DNA of 64,000 nt, from contig MU057503.1 of NCBI GenBank assembly GCA_013265495.1, positions 682,001-746,000 on the forward strand, given 5' to 3'. How positions within the stretch are numbered: position 1 is the first letter of the stretch; every line of letters starts with the position of its first letter. Shown here one piece after another: positions 62,747-64,000 of this stretch. The translations under genes were made by a program, and so were the position numbers. The notes under the pieces are model-generated. The model was given only the letters and a program-made list of their open reading frames with translations, was not told the origin of the DNA and ran no database searches. This stretch comes from Vicugna vicugna (lineage: Eukaryota).

Positions 62747-63526
62747 CAGTGGTCCGCCCTCATCCACAGGGGTTATGTTCCAAGACTCCAGTGGATGCCT
62801 AAAACTGTAGATAGTACTGAACTTTATATATACTATGTTTTTCCTATATATACATACCTATAATAAAGAATTTTATCAACTAGATGCAGTAAGAGATTAA
62901 CAACATAACTAATAGCAAAATAAAACAATTATAACAATACACTGTTATAAAATTAAGTGAATGTGGTCTCTCTCTCTCTCAAAATATTTTACAAATTTTA
63001 ACTAAACCTTTACTATGCACTGTGGCTGAACTTTTGCAGTTTGAAGTGCGACAGCAAAACCAGCATGAATTTCTTATTCCTTCTTCACAATTTCACAGAT
63101 AGAAGATCGGCACGTGATTTTTTCTGTCTTTCCTTAATTCAAGAACTTTCTCCTTCTCATCTAAAGGAAGCATTTTACCGCTTCTCTTTGGCAGATCTGA
63201 GCTGCCAGCATCACTGCTCTTGCCTTTTGGGGCCATTATTAAGTAAAATAAACGTTATTAAGCGTAAGCACTGGGATCCCATGACAGTCGATCTGATTAC
63301 GGAGATGGCTTCTAAGTGACTAATGAGCAGGACGTGCTGGACAAAGAGATGATTCATGTCCAGGGTGGGAAGGAGCAGGACGGCATGAGATTTCATCAGG
63401 CTACTCGGGTCAGCTTGTAAATGAATTGTTTATTTCTGGGATTTTCCATTTAATACTTTGGACCACAGTTGACCATGGTATCTGAAAATGTGGAAATTGA
63501 AGCCTCAGAAAAGGGAGGGACTACCG
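62747..63526. mobile_element. MER44 (Tigger7-derived) TcMar element
   Basis: cagtggtccgccctcatccacagggg...gttccaagactccagtggatgcct; right terminal inverted repeat aagggagggactaccg followed by TA. Confidence 0.88.
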
Positions 63527-63819
63527 TATGTGGACTGGCCACGGACAGAAGGCTCCAGTTCCTCACCACTTGTGCCTCTCTCAAGGGTCGCTCACCCTGA
63601 GGCATCCAGCCTCCTCCAGAGTGCAAGATCCCAGAGAAAGAGAGGAGGAAGTTGCAGTGCCTTTTATGATCCAGTCTCCAGGCTCTGTAACGTTACAATG
63701 TAAAAATGTTTATATTGATTTTTAGATGACTACATTTAAAATAGCTTCAGATTTTCCAGGCTTGGTTAAAAGGTAACCATTTTTGTGTATATGTATTCAT
63801 CAAGAGTTCTTACAAGATT

Positions 63820-64000
63820 TGTTTTATTTTTTGGAAAAAAATACTGAAGTATAGTCAGTTACAGTGTATCAATTTCTGGTATATAACGTTTCAATCATAC
63901 ATATACATACATATATTCATTTTCATATTCTTCCTCATTGTAGGTTACTACAAGGTATTGAGTATAGTTCCCTGTACTATACAAAAGAAATCTGTTTTTT
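63820..64000 (-). mobile_element. Lineage-specific L1 3' end (runs off the window)
   Basis: tgaagtatagtcagttacagtgtatcaatttctggt...tagttccctgtactatac; same family as 31517. Confidence 0.8.

Overview
Mammalian genomic DNA, most likely from a camelid. Four tRNA-Ala-derived vic-1-type SINEs are present, and I saw no Alu, Bov-tA/BovB or PRE1 elements. The only protein-coding sequence I can support is the first coding exon of PPM1H (minus strand, CDS 4757-4513, GT donor at 4512), inside a CpG island at about 4020-5500. Positions 1-4512 are the start of PPM1H intron 1. The remaining ~58 kb is upstream intergenic DNA dominated by transposable elements: MIR, L2, old and lineage-specific L1, solo LTRs, and MER5A, MER33, MER44, MER45 and MER96 DNA elements. 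There is one 175-nt assembly gap. The other ORFs in the track look spurious or repeat-derived. I found no convincing novel multi-gene system. The most interesting observations are (1) a uORF ending 1 nt before the PPM1H start codon, with a stronger in-frame AUG at Met17, (2) MiT/TFE-type E-boxes in the promoter, (3) a CpG-rich LTR with promoter motifs oriented toward PPM1H, (4) a short polyadenylated retrocopy, and (5) several nested or inverted retrotransposon structures. Repeat family names come from recognition by eye, and repeat boundaries are approximate unless a target-site duplication (TSD) is given.
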